NCBI GenBank assembly: GCA_045597465.1
Contig: JAZLKG010000008.1
Span: 15,859 to 79,858 of the forward strand
Reading direction: 5' to 3'
DNA: 64,000 bases
Origin: Bacteroidales bacterium
GTDB lineage: Bacteria > Bacteroidota > Bacteroidia > Bacteroidales > UBA3824
Positions 28,414 to 37,454 of the stretch are shown in pieces (the first letter of the stretch is position 1; each line of letters starts with the position of its first letter). The translations under genes and the position numbers were made by a program. The notes under the pieces were generated by a model that saw only the letters and a program-made list of their open reading frames with translations, did no database searches and was not told the origin of the DNA.

Positions 28414-29808
28414 TTATCGGCCACCAATAAAAGAAATGACTAATATGACCGCCAATATAATCCCCACTCCTATTATCGCAAGCCACATCCCTAAGCGGGA
28501 ATCATCAACTTCCTCATCGAAACTTCCATCGCTGGAAGTCTTCTTGGACGATTCCGATGCAAATTCCACATAAGGTTCCGCCATCATGTAAGCAGGAGCT
28601 ATCATAAGAAACAATCCCAATACCATGGCCAAAACCATGCCAAACCCATCATGCGGGTTTATATCAAGGAATGATGGTGCCAAAAATCGTACAAGAATAA
28701 ATATCGGGACCTCCACCAGCATAGGAATCCACATCAGAGGAATAGCAGAAACAAGTCTGCCAGCAAACGACTTACGGAACGACAGCTTCTTGGTCCTATA
28801 GTCGTCCTCTATTGCACGGTTTGTTACTACAAGCTTGCGTCCGATACGGCTATAGAAAGTATCGTCGGCCTTTTCCACCTCAAAATCTCTCAGATACGCA
28901 AGCCTGCCGGTTTGACCGTTGATGGCCAGCACTGGAATTCCCCTATGAGTGAGGGTGAACATCGGCATATACACCGACCTCTCCACAAGATTCTGCTTGG
29001 ACCCTATCTCATATTTACGCTTGTTGAAGCCCGGTACCATGCTTTTGCCCAGCACTTTTTCCACCGCAGGCTGATATGCATTCAGAATCTCCCAGTCGAG
29101 ACGCTCGTCAAACGTATCCTGACTCAAATCCGGCATCAGGGCCTTGTGACCCGCAATGTACTTGAAATCGAAATCCTCAAACCCGCTTATGTCGAAAGGC
29201 TCCACCGCTTCCAGAAGCTTGTTGTTCAGCCTCCTGGTATCCGACACATATATGCCATAGAGACATGCCGGAAGTCTATGTTTGCGGCTATAGCTGGAAA
29301 CCGAGAGCTCAAAATCTCCCTTTACCATCCTGTAGGGCAGATAGTTCATCTCCAGATGCTCATCGATGTTTTTGAGGATAATTTCCAGCCAGTCGTTTTT
29401 CCTATGCTCCTTCATCCATGATTTGAAGATATAGATAGCCTCGTCGCGGGTAATGTTGAATGGTATGATGGATACAGGGAAGTCTTTTCCGGAAAAGTCG
29501 GCAACGGCAAGCGCATGGCCACAATAATCGCACACATCGGCCAGCCCGCCATCATTCACCTTGGTGGCGCCGCACTTGGAACACTGGTACACCGACTTGG
29601 TTTTTAGCTGGGAATCAAGCAGCTTGTTTGTATTGTCACGGTCCTGCCCATTGATCTCGCGGATGCGGTTGGTTACAGATTCGGCAGGATCGTGGCTGCC
29701 GCACGATGGACAGCAATAATCCTTCTTTACGATGTCGAAATACAGCGGACCTCCGCATTTATCGCAACTTATGGAAAAAAAACTCTGTTTCATAAAATCT
29801 CGCTTCAT
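28414..29808 (-). CDS. hypothetical membrane protein with two N-terminal zinc ribbons and C-terminal TM helices
   Basis: CDKCGG...CCPSCGS and CSKCGA...CDYCGH. About 250 aa of uncharacterised middle region, then at least 3 hydrophobic helices at the C-terminus. Confidence 0.6.
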   Translation of the reverse strand: MKRDFMKQSFFSISCDKCGGPLYFDIVKKDYCCPSCGSHDPAESVTNRIREINGQDRDNTNKLLDSQLKTKSVYQCSKCGATKVNDGGLADVCDYCGHALAVADFSGKDFPVSIIPFNITRDEAIYIFKSWMKEHRKNDWLEIILKNIDEHLEMNYLPYRMVKGDFELSVSSYSRKHRLPACLYGIYVSDTRRLNNKLLEAVEPFDISGFEDFDFKYIAGHKALMPDLSQDTFDERLDWEILNAYQPAVEKVLGKSMVPGFNKRKYEIGSKQNLVERSVYMPMFTLTHRGIPVLAINGQTGRLAYLRDFEVEKADDTFYSRIGRKLVVTNRAIEDDYRTKKLSFRKSFAGRLVSAIPLMWIPMLVEVPIFILVRFLAPSFLDINPHDGFGMVLAMVLGLFLMIAPAYMMAEPYVEFASESSKKTSSDGSFDEEVDDSRLGMWLAIIGVGIILAVILVISFIGGR

Positions 29809-29899
29809 TAAGTAAGGCTAATGTCTCTAAGTCGCAAATATAATAATTTAATTAAGAAAACTCCAACACTGAATATTAAGTTTATTACCAATTCCATAA

Positions 29900-29958
29900 A
29901 AAAATTTTGCCTTGTAGTTATATTTTTGCAATTTTGCAGCGACAATACTATTAACTAT
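29900..29958 (+). promoter_or_regulatory. conserved upstream block shared with the first LRR lipoprotein gene
   Basis: AAAAATTTTGCCTTGT at 29900-29915, gcaattttgca at 29928-29938 and attaactat at 29950-29958. Compare 26907-26959. Confidence 0.55.
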
Positions 29959-29977
29959 ATTAATACAGAGAAAAACG

Positions 29978-31084
29978 ATGAAAAGAAAATTAATCAGCGC
30001 ATTGACGCTGTCAGTTCTGCTCTCAATGTCGCTTGCAGGCACATCGTGCGGCAAGGAAGACGACCCAACACCAGACAACATAGAGCAAAACAATGGTCAG
30101 AACCCTGGCCAGAACAACAACGGACAAAACAACTCCGGCCAGAACAACAATGGCCAGAATTCCGGCCAGAACAATTCCGGTCAGAACAACAACGAGCAGA
30201 CCCCAGGCCAGAACAACAACGAGCAAGGCAATGGAGAGAAAGAGCCTGAGACTCCTATCATAGAGATGATGAAGGTGGTAATAGACGGCAAGGAGCAGGA
30301 GGTTGAGAAAAACTCAAAAATCACTCTCCCAGAGTTTGAGAATGAGAAGTTTGGCTACGATGCCGAGTACAAGGACAGCAAGGGCAATTCCTACAAGCCC
30401 GGCGACGAGATATCGGTAGCAGAGAACCTCGATATCAAAACCGTATACACAGCTCAGGACCATACATACACCTTGGAAAAGTTCAGAGAATTCATGTTGG
30501 CCGCCGACAAGGCAGAAGCCTACGACAATGTATTCGACATCATCATTACCGACCTCACCGACTACAACCAGAACGACTTGTACGGAAACTTCGACGACTA
30601 CAACTTCAGCAAGGTGAAGCTTAACGTAACAATAGCCGCCAACGACGATCTTACCATGATAAGTGACCATGCGTTCTCTAATATAAAGAACATAAAGAAG
30701 CTGGTTTTGCCAGAGGGCATAATTTTCATCGAAAGAAACGCTTTCCAAAAAAACGGTATTCAGGAGATTGTATTGCCTGAATCCCTTAAGAGCATAGAGA
30801 TTCAGGCTTTCGACGGCTGCACATCGCTGAAGAACGTAACCTTCCCAGCCGGCATCATCAGCTTCGGCAACGTCTTGTTCCAGGATTGCAAATCCATCGA
30901 GACCGTCACCATACTGTCGGAAGAGATAAAGTCATGGGGATACAACATGCTTGGAAATCTGGACTACACCACAGGAGTGTACGGAGTTCACCCTACCATC
31001 AAGACCGTATACGTGAAGGCCAGCATGCTAGATTGGTTCAAGGAGAAATTCCCGCTAAGCGCAGACATCTTCAAGGCTCTCTAA
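29978..31084 (+). CDS. surface lipoprotein with BspA-type leucine-rich repeats
   Basis: Lipobox SLAGTSC followed by GKEDDPTPDN. (N/S)GQNN low-complexity linker. LRR-like ISDHAFSNIKNIKKLVLPEGIIFIERNAFQKNGIQEIVLPESLKSIEIQAFDGCTSLKNVTFP. Confidence 0.75.
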   Translation: MKRKLISALTLSVLLSMSLAGTSCGKEDDPTPDNIEQNNGQNPGQNNNGQNNSGQNNNGQNSGQNNSGQNNNEQTPGQNNNEQGNGEKEPETPIIEMMKVVIDGKEQEVEKNSKITLPEFENEKFGYDAEYKDSKGNSYKPGDEISVAENLDIKTVYTAQDHTYTLEKFREFMLAADKAEAYDNVFDIIITDLTDYNQNDLYGNFDDYNFSKVKLNVTIAANDDLTMISDHAFSNIKNIKKLVLPEGIIFIERNAFQKNGIQEIVLPESLKSIEIQAFDGCTSLKNVTFPAGIISFGNVLFQDCKSIETVTILSEEIKSWGYNMLGNLDYTTGVYGVHPTIKTVYVKASMLDWFKEKFPLSADIFKAL

Positions 31085-31114
31085 TTTTCACCAAGCATAA
31101 AAAATTCATAAAAC

Positions 31115-31155
31115 AAAAGGCGTATCCGGGAAAACCGGATACGCCTTTCTTTCTA
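31115..31155 (+). terminator. intrinsic terminator after the LRR lipoprotein gene; the stem contains TATCCGG/CCGGATA
   Basis: ggcgtatccgg-gaaaa-ccggatacgcc gives an 11-bp stem, followed by tttctttc. Confidence 0.75.
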
Positions 31156-31242
31156 TTATATCAATCTACTCCATCCACTCGTAGATTCTTGGAAAGGCTG
31201 TCGCTCTGCCATACTTGTTTATTTTCTGATTATCCCCAAACC

Positions 31243-34200
31243 TTAACTGGCAGTATCAGCCTCATACTCTCCCACCGGCAGTGTTATTATAAATGTTGTG
31301 CCCTTGCCCACCTCGCTCTCGAAAGTGATGGAGCCCTTCACATTTTCCACCATAGTCTTCACCATGGCCAGACCGAGGCCCGATCCGGTGCTCTTGGTTG
31401 TGAAGTTTGGCGTAAAGATTTTTCCACGCACGGCATCAGGTATGCCGCTGCCGTTGTCGGCAATGCGTACCACAACCTTGCTGCCGGCCTCTTCCTTTAG
31501 AGTAACGTGTATCTTGCCCCTTACGCCGTTGGGTATGGCCTGGGTGGCATTCTTGATTATGTTTACAAACACACGGGAAATCTGCTCCTTGTCGAGCATG
31601 CAGATAATCTCGGGATTTCCACCCAGGTCTGATGTTACATCAGCCTTGTCGTCGTTCTGATACAGCGTTACCACATTGCTGAGTATCTCCACCAGATTTA
31701 GCGGACGACACTTGGGATCAGGCATCTTGGCAAAGTTGGAGAACGATGTGGCAATGCTGCTCAGGGTATCTATCTGCTGTATCATGGTATCGGTGAACTT
31801 GGCTATGCGCTCGCCGAAATCCGGTTTCTGGTCGTCCCACGCCCTCTTCAGGAACTGGGTGCTAAGCTGCATAGGCGTAAGCGGATTCTTGATCTCATGG
31901 GCCACCTGACGCGCCATGGTCTTCCATGCCTCCTCGCGCTCGCCCTGGGCTATGAGCTTGGCGCTCTCGGCCAGCTTGTCCACCATGGTGTTGTATTCGG
32001 CCACCAGCTGACCTATCTCGTCGTCGCGGTCGTAGGCAATCTTCTCATGGTTTTTGCCCAGCTCCATTGTCACCATCTTGTTCTGTATCATCTTGATGGG
32101 CTGCACTATGCGGCTGCTGAGCAGGGCCGCCAGCAGTATGGTGAGCATCATGAGCACCACATAGAGGTTGATGATGGACACTATCTGGTTGCTGAGCTCG
32201 CGCTCCAGCGATTCCACATTGGTGAAATACGGCATGTTTATGTATCCGATTATCTCCTTGTGCTTGTTGAAGAACGGCGTATAGGCCGATGCGTAGTCCA
32301 CCTTTCCGATATTCTCCTCCTGGATGAACGTCGACTTGTAGTCCACCATGAAGCTGCTGAGGGCCTGGCTGTTGATGCGCGTGCTTATGAAACCACCAGC
32401 AAAGAGCTCGGGCCTTGATGTGGCTATCAGCTGCCCGTTGGCGCCATAGAGGTTGATATCAGTGAAAAACACCTGCGACATCTTGGTAAGGCATATATCC
32501 ATGGGGCCCACCACGCCGGGCTTCCACAATGTATTGAAGCTGAGCGTGTCGCCGCATTCCTGATTGATGCGCATGTAGACGCTGGAGACACGCTCGTCGA
32601 TCTTGGCGGCATCCTGGTCGCGGAACCTGTTTACCACCAGCGATACCGACGCAATGCACACAAACACAAACGACAGCACCAGTATTATGCTGAACCATAC
32701 TATGAGCCTTGTCTGGAGGCTCTCCTTGCGGGCATCGCTGTGGCGGCGCAGCAGCACGTTGGCCAGCAGGAACATCATAAGCATGAATGTAACAAACAGA
32801 TACGAGAACTGCGTGATGTAATCGGCAAATGTGAATTTATGCCTTGTAACCACCATTGTGTTGCCGTCCTTGTGGTGCACGATATGCATGTATGGGCCGT
32901 CCTCCACGGTGCGCAGTGTGTCGCCGGGGTCGGTATCGGAAAACATCTCCACGAAACTCCTGTCGGACATATCATAGCTGAAGCTTCCGTTCTGGAACAT
33001 CTTCTGCCCGTTGTGGTAGCGGGCATAGTCCTGCTCGCTGAGCGACGCCTTGCGGTCGGCGGCGGCATTGTCGCTTATCAGCAGCGACGGATATCCCACC
33101 TCCTTGGGCACGGCCTTGGTGCGCACGGTGATGCAGATATACTTGTTGGCCCCGTCCACCTTGTGGTCCAGGTATCCGTAATAGCTGATGGAGCCGTCGG
33201 GAGTGTCTATGAGGCGGAACCTCGGACACTTGGTATCCAGTCCGCTGTTGTAGGCGCTTACGAAATCGTCGCTGATGCCTGCGAAGAAAACCCCGACGGG
33301 CGGCTCCAGCACCTTAACGTCGATATCGTACCTTATCCAGTAGGCGTTGCTGAAATACTGGTGGATAATATAGTCATGGAGCCGGGCCTGACGCTGGCTC
33401 ATGTCGCTGATGCTTACGTAATCATACAGCATTGGATCGTCGGCCAGATGGTCGGCAAAACCGTTTATCAGCAGCTCGGCAATGGGATCTCCTATGTCGG
33501 TGCCCACCGAGGCCATCTCATGGAACTCGGCCTCTATCCTGGATTCGGTGGTGTAGCACACAAACACGCCCTCGAACATGGCGCTCAGCAGCAGCATCAC
33601 CATGTAGCGGAACAATCCCCTGAGGTCGCCGTGATAATGCATGTACAGGGCCACACCCAGCATCAGGAACGAATACAGAGCGGCCATGGCGGGCATGGCG
33701 CCAAACAAGGGCCACAGCATCAGCGACAATATCACCGATACCGACAAATATATGACTATGGCGCGCGCCAGGCTGGTGACAAGGCTATAGTCGAAATACC
33801 AGGCCAGCTTTATGGAGGCGAACACCATGGTGCCCGACAGCACAACCATAAGCAACAGTCCAACTATGCTGAAGGCGTTGATAGCCATGAGGTTGTTGAG
33901 CATGAAGGAAAACTTGCTGATCCTTACCAGATGCTGCACCTCGTGGAACACGTAGCCGAACACGCCGAAAAACAGGGCCAGCATGAGCGCCCACACAAGG
34001 TATCTGCGCGCCACAGGCAGCGAGAGTATCCGCTCCCTGAGCCCGCAATAGTCCGCCAGCATGAAGACAAACTTTACCACGAAGAACAGGAACACCGAAT
34101 TTATTACGAAATCGCCTATGGTGAATATGAGCCCATCGCCCCTGAAATAATCCATATCGAAGAAATCGAGCTTGTATATCATGCTGGGCCTAAGCACATT

Positions 34201-35016
34201 AAGCTCCACGCAGGCAAAGACCAGGCCAAGTATTATGAGCAATATCCACTGGGTTTTGCCCTCCTGGGCCGCAAGACGGGCTATCCACGAATCGAAAAAC
34301 ATGAGCAGCAGCACGAGCGAGGCCAGGAAAAGCACCCCCACTATATAGAAATTGCTGCCGTTGAGGTATACCGTGGTTACCGGCAGGAGCGAGAAGAGCA
34401 TGGTGCCGTCGCAGTCCTTGATGGGCACGCCAAACGACACATTGATGGGCGCCACCGTCCAGGCCGAGGGCAGCTCGAATTCGGGCAGCAGGTCCTCCGG
34501 CAGCAGGCGGTTGGTAATCTTGTCGTACTTGTTTTTCAGGAATATCAGGCCCACGAACTTGTAGGGGCCGTCGCTGATGGTGCGGATCTCGTACCAGGCA
34601 TTGTTGAGTTTCTCCAGGCGGTTGTTGAGCGCGGGATTGTACACCACGCCGCACGGAACCCTGTTGTCGGTCCAGTAGCGTAGGGTGTCGTCGCGGAACA
34701 CGAGCACCTGCAGACCCTCCTTGCCGAGATTCTGGAGCTCCGCATTGTTGATGACGAATATGGAATTGGCGTTGATGATATTGCTGCCCTGACGCACCTC
34801 GTCACGCACCATGGACAGCACTGAGTCCAGGCGGTGCTCCTTGGCATGCAGCACGCGCTCTATGCGCACGGTGTCGAGGGTGATGGGCTTGCCCAGGTCG
34901 CTCTCGTTGTTGCTGCCGCCGGCCTTGCCGCTTATGTTGGAATCCAGGGCAAAAGCCACCACGAACACCAGTACGGCATATACCAAGAACTGTATTTTCT
35001 TAAAATTATCCTTCAC
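31243..35016 (-). CDS. large multi-TM sensor histidine kinase (HAMP, HisKA, HATPase_c; NtrY-like core)
   Basis: 1257 aa. H-box ARQVAHEIKNPLTPM, N-box FVNIIKNATQAI, G-boxes DNGSGIP and GSGLGLAMV. Many predicted TM helices in the N-terminal 700 aa. GTG start. Confidence 0.9.
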   Translation of the reverse strand: MKDNFKKIQFLVYAVLVFVVAFALDSNISGKAGGSNNESDLGKPITLDTVRIERVLHAKEHRLDSVLSMVRDEVRQGSNIINANSIFVINNAELQNLGKEGLQVLVFRDDTLRYWTDNRVPCGVVYNPALNNRLEKLNNAWYEIRTISDGPYKFVGLIFLKNKYDKITNRLLPEDLLPEFELPSAWTVAPINVSFGVPIKDCDGTMLFSLLPVTTVYLNGSNFYIVGVLFLASLVLLLMFFDSWIARLAAQEGKTQWILLIILGLVFACVELNVLRPSMIYKLDFFDMDYFRGDGLIFTIGDFVINSVFLFFVVKFVFMLADYCGLRERILSLPVARRYLVWALMLALFFGVFGYVFHEVQHLVRISKFSFMLNNLMAINAFSIVGLLLMVVLSGTMVFASIKLAWYFDYSLVTSLARAIVIYLSVSVILSLMLWPLFGAMPAMAALYSFLMLGVALYMHYHGDLRGLFRYMVMLLLSAMFEGVFVCYTTESRIEAEFHEMASVGTDIGDPIAELLINGFADHLADDPMLYDYVSISDMSQRQARLHDYIIHQYFSNAYWIRYDIDVKVLEPPVGVFFAGISDDFVSAYNSGLDTKCPRFRLIDTPDGSISYYGYLDHKVDGANKYICITVRTKAVPKEVGYPSLLISDNAAADRKASLSEQDYARYHNGQKMFQNGSFSYDMSDRSFVEMFSDTDPGDTLRTVEDGPYMHIVHHKDGNTMVVTRHKFTFADYITQFSYLFVTFMLMMFLLANVLLRRHSDARKESLQTRLIVWFSIILVLSFVFVCIASVSLVVNRFRDQDAAKIDERVSSVYMRINQECGDTLSFNTLWKPGVVGPMDICLTKMSQVFFTDINLYGANGQLIATSRPELFAGGFISTRINSQALSSFMVDYKSTFIQEENIGKVDYASAYTPFFNKHKEIIGYINMPYFTNVESLERELSNQIVSIINLYVVLMMLTILLAALLSSRIVQPIKMIQNKMVTMELGKNHEKIAYDRDDEIGQLVAEYNTMVDKLAESAKLIAQGEREEAWKTMARQVAHEIKNPLTPMQLSTQFLKRAWDDQKPDFGERIAKFTDTMIQQIDTLSSIATSFSNFAKMPDPKCRPLNLVEILSNVVTLYQNDDKADVTSDLGGNPEIICMLDKEQISRVFVNIIKNATQAIPNGVRGKIHVTLKEEAGSKVVVRIADNGSGIPDAVRGKIFTPNFTTKSTGSGLGLAMVKTMVENVKGSITFESEVGKGTTFIITLPVGEYEADTAS

Positions 35017-35145
35017 TTGTAGTTCCTTGTTTAGTAAATTCTTAAAACTGTTTTAGTTGTTGCAATTGTCTTTTTTTACGACAGTTTCCTCTTTTGAGTA
35101 GTTTTTTCCCTATGCTGATATATATACAAAAAAAATAAAAATATC

Positions 35146-35619
35146 CTATTCGTGATGATAAGGCTCGCCACGCATTATGGTGAAAGCCCTGTAAAGCTGC
35201 TCCATGAATATAAGCCTCACCATCTGGTGCGAGAATGTCATCCTGGAGAGCGACATCTTGTCGTCGGCCATGGCGGCTATCCTTGGCTCGAAACCATACG
35301 GACCACCTATCACGAAGGTGATGTCCTTGCTGAGCGTGGCCATCTTTCTGGCCACATACTCGGAAAACTCTACCGATGTGCGCTCCTTGCCGTGCTCGTC
35401 GAGGATTATCCTGTATGAGCTCGGCGCCATGTAGGGCTCCAGGAGCCTGGCTTCCTGCTCCTTCACCTGGTCGGGAGACATGGCGCCCATGTTCTTGAGG
35501 TCCTTGATGGTTACATACTCGAACTGTATGTATTTCCTTAGCCTTTTCTCGTACTCGGTGCAGGCATCCACGAGGTATTTCTCCACGGTCTTGCCCACCA
35601 CCACAAATCTTATCTTCAT
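35146..35619 (-). CDS. rlmH: 23S rRNA (pseudouridine1915-N3)-methyltransferase
   Basis: 157 aa. SPOUT-family sequence with FVIGGPYGF and the C-terminal RGEPYHH. Confidence 0.9.
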   Translation of the reverse strand: MKIRFVVVGKTVEKYLVDACTEYEKRLRKYIQFEYVTIKDLKNMGAMSPDQVKEQEARLLEPYMAPSSYRIILDEHGKERTSVEFSEYVARKMATLSKDITFVIGGPYGFEPRIAAMADDKMSLSRMTFSHQMVRLIFMEQLYRAFTIMRGEPYHHE

Positions 35620-35824
35620 CTCTGCAATATAGCCGTACGGTTTGCGGCCCGCGGCTCTCTCATCCCAAAAAAAATAATTATATACTGTTTCCGCCTACCG
35701 GATTTGCAAACAGCGTTCCACATTTTTTGGACACAGCCCGGGCCTGGTTGAAAAAATATTTCCGTTCTGTACAAATTTCTACAAAAATAGTTTTTAATTG
35801 CCGAATATTCAAATAATTATGATT

Positions 35825-35887
35825 TTTTTTTTGCAAAAAACAAAAAAAACGGGGACTGAGGCAATCCATATATGCCCCGGTCCCCGG
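35825..35887 (-). terminator. intrinsic terminator after the DUF5606-like gene
   Basis: Minus strand ggggac...gtcccc stem followed by ttttttttgtttttt. Confidence 0.6.
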
Positions 35888-35939
35888 TATGGTTGTCGCA
35901 GCCGGCATTTTCGGCGCGTACTATTCAGTGTCCTGATGC

Positions 35940-36467
35940 CTACTCAGCCTTGGCCTCGCCGTCCTTAGGAGCGGCCTTCTTGCGGGTGCGCTTCTTGGTC
36001 CTCAGCTCTCCCTCCTCGGCAGCTGGAGCCTGAGCCTCAGCAGCCTCCTGGGCAGCAGGTGCGGCCTCCTGCTCGTCGCTCTGTGCGGCGTATCCGGTCT
36101 CCACGAGAATGTTGTACCAGGCGTATGCTCTCTTTATGTCGGAGATGTACACACGGTCGGGATCCCAATTAGCGAGAGCCTTGGCGAAGAGTTCTACAAG
36201 CTCCTCGTTGCTGGCCTTCTTGGGGTTGAAAGGTGTGGCCTTGCCCTCAAGCACGTTGAAGAGGTTCTGATATACCTCAGAGAGCTTGGTGTCGCCGTCA
36301 GTGGTGTATATCGAGATATCCTCGAGAGCGCTTATCCTGGAGGTGGCGTATGCGAGCTGGCGCTTGCCATCCTGTATCGACTCTATGACAAGTCCGTTCT
36401 TTGCCTGGGCCACATGTCTGTAAAGACCTGGGAATGTGGCTATTGACAATATTCCTTTTAAATTCAT
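35940..36467 (-). CDS. DUF5606-like conserved Bacteroidota protein with an acidic/Ala-rich and basic C-terminal tail
   Basis: The N-terminus MNLKGILSIATFPGLYRHVAQAKNGLVIESI resembles the DUF5606 family as I recall it. The tail is EQEAAPAAQEAAEAQAPAAEE...KKRTRKK. Confidence 0.55.
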   Translation of the reverse strand: MNLKGILSIATFPGLYRHVAQAKNGLVIESIQDGKRQLAYATSRISALEDISIYTTDGDTKLSEVYQNLFNVLEGKATPFNPKKASNEELVELFAKALANWDPDRVYISDIKRAYAWYNILVETGYAAQSDEQEAAPAAQEAAEAQAPAAEEGELRTKKRTRKKAAPKDGEAKAE

Positions 36468-36709
36468 CCTTTGATAATGTTTAAGTTTCTAATGATTATT
36501 GGTTTTATCTTAGCGGATGCAAAGTTACAATCTTTAATTTGATTACAAAATTATTTTTTCCGCTATTTTGTACAAAAATACTCAAAAATGCCAAAAAAAA
36601 TTTAAACTATTGGTTTTTATAGTGTATCTTTGCAGCCGGATTGGTTAAGTACCATATAATGTATTACGAATTACTAACATATTAAAATAAACTCACAGAT
36701 AAGACAACG

Positions 36710-37354
36710 ATGAAAAAGCGTTTTATTACAGTATCGAAGGCTCTTGCCTGCGCCTCAATAATGGCAGTGGCCATGTCGTCATGCGGCGGCAAACAGACAT
36801 CAGCCCCTATCTCTTCCAGCAACGGCAACGCCTGCGACGGCATAGCATACGTATATGTGGACAGCCTGCTGAGCGACTATGATCTCTACAACGACGAGAT
36901 GAACAAGTTTTACGCCAAGCAGCGCCAGTACGACCAGGATCTCCAGAGCAAGATGAGCAGCCTTCAGCGCCGCGCCACCGAGCTCCAGCAAAACCTCGAG
37001 AAGCGCCTCATTACCCCAACCTCGTATCAGGAAAAGGGCCAGCAACTTGCTATGGAGGAGCAGAGACTTCAGCAGACCTACCAGCAGCAGGCCATGGAGC
37101 TTCAGGACGACCAGGCCCAGATCCTCGGACGTGTGGGCGACTCGGTAAGAAACTACATAAACGAGTACAACGCCGCCAAGGGCTACAAGATGATAATAAG
37201 CACCACAGGATCGTCTACAATTCTCTACGGCGACCCATCGCTCAATATCACCTCGGAACTGCTCAAGGGCCTCAACGACAGATACAGAGGCAACTCGCAG
37301 GCTCAGGCTCCAGCAGCATCCGCAGCAGCAACCGACTCTACAGCAGCCAAGTAG
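36710..37354 (+). CDS. OmpH/Skp-family periplasmic chaperone (lipoprotein form)
   Basis: Lipobox AMSSC. Long Q/E/L-rich coiled-coil core and a conserved C-terminal region (KGYKMIISTT). Confidence 0.75.
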   Translation: MKKRFITVSKALACASIMAVAMSSCGGKQTSAPISSSNGNACDGIAYVYVDSLLSDYDLYNDEMNKFYAKQRQYDQDLQSKMSSLQRRATELQQNLEKRLITPTSYQEKGQQLAMEEQRLQQTYQQQAMELQDDQAQILGRVGDSVRNYINEYNAAKGYKMIISTTGSSTILYGDPSLNITSELLKGLNDRYRGNSQAQAPAASAAATDSTAAK

Positions 37355-37400
37355 CAAGACGAGCAGGCATCAGACCGCCTGACACCATACTAAAAAGACC

Positions 37401-37446
37401 GACCGCCGGCCACGCCCCAATGAGCGCAGCCGGCGGTCTCTTTTTT
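37401..37446. terminator. intrinsic terminator between convergent ompH-like and kinase-like genes
   Basis: 10-bp GC stem gaccgccggc / gccggcggtc followed by tctttttt. Confidence 0.75.
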
Positions 37447-37454
37447 ACTGACGC

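Noticed and set aside
32740-34683. A 647-aa plus-strand ORF antisense to the large histidine kinase. There are similar long antisense ORFs at 17068-18495, 13804-14748, 14817-15704, 46468-47631, 43084-43716, 45127-45726 and 10825-11607.
   Set aside because: Their translations are low-information (rich in H, V, L, G, A and R) with no motifs, while the opposite strand encodes clearly recognisable proteins. They are shadow ORFs produced by the codon bias of the real genes.
35620-35845. A possible small RNA in the 225-nt ORF-free stretch upstream of rlmH.
   Set aside because: I found a TATTTTTG box but no convincing hairpin plus T-run on either strand, and no resemblance to any RNA family I know. 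It is most simply a long 5' UTR or promoter region. RNA-seq would be needed to revisit this.
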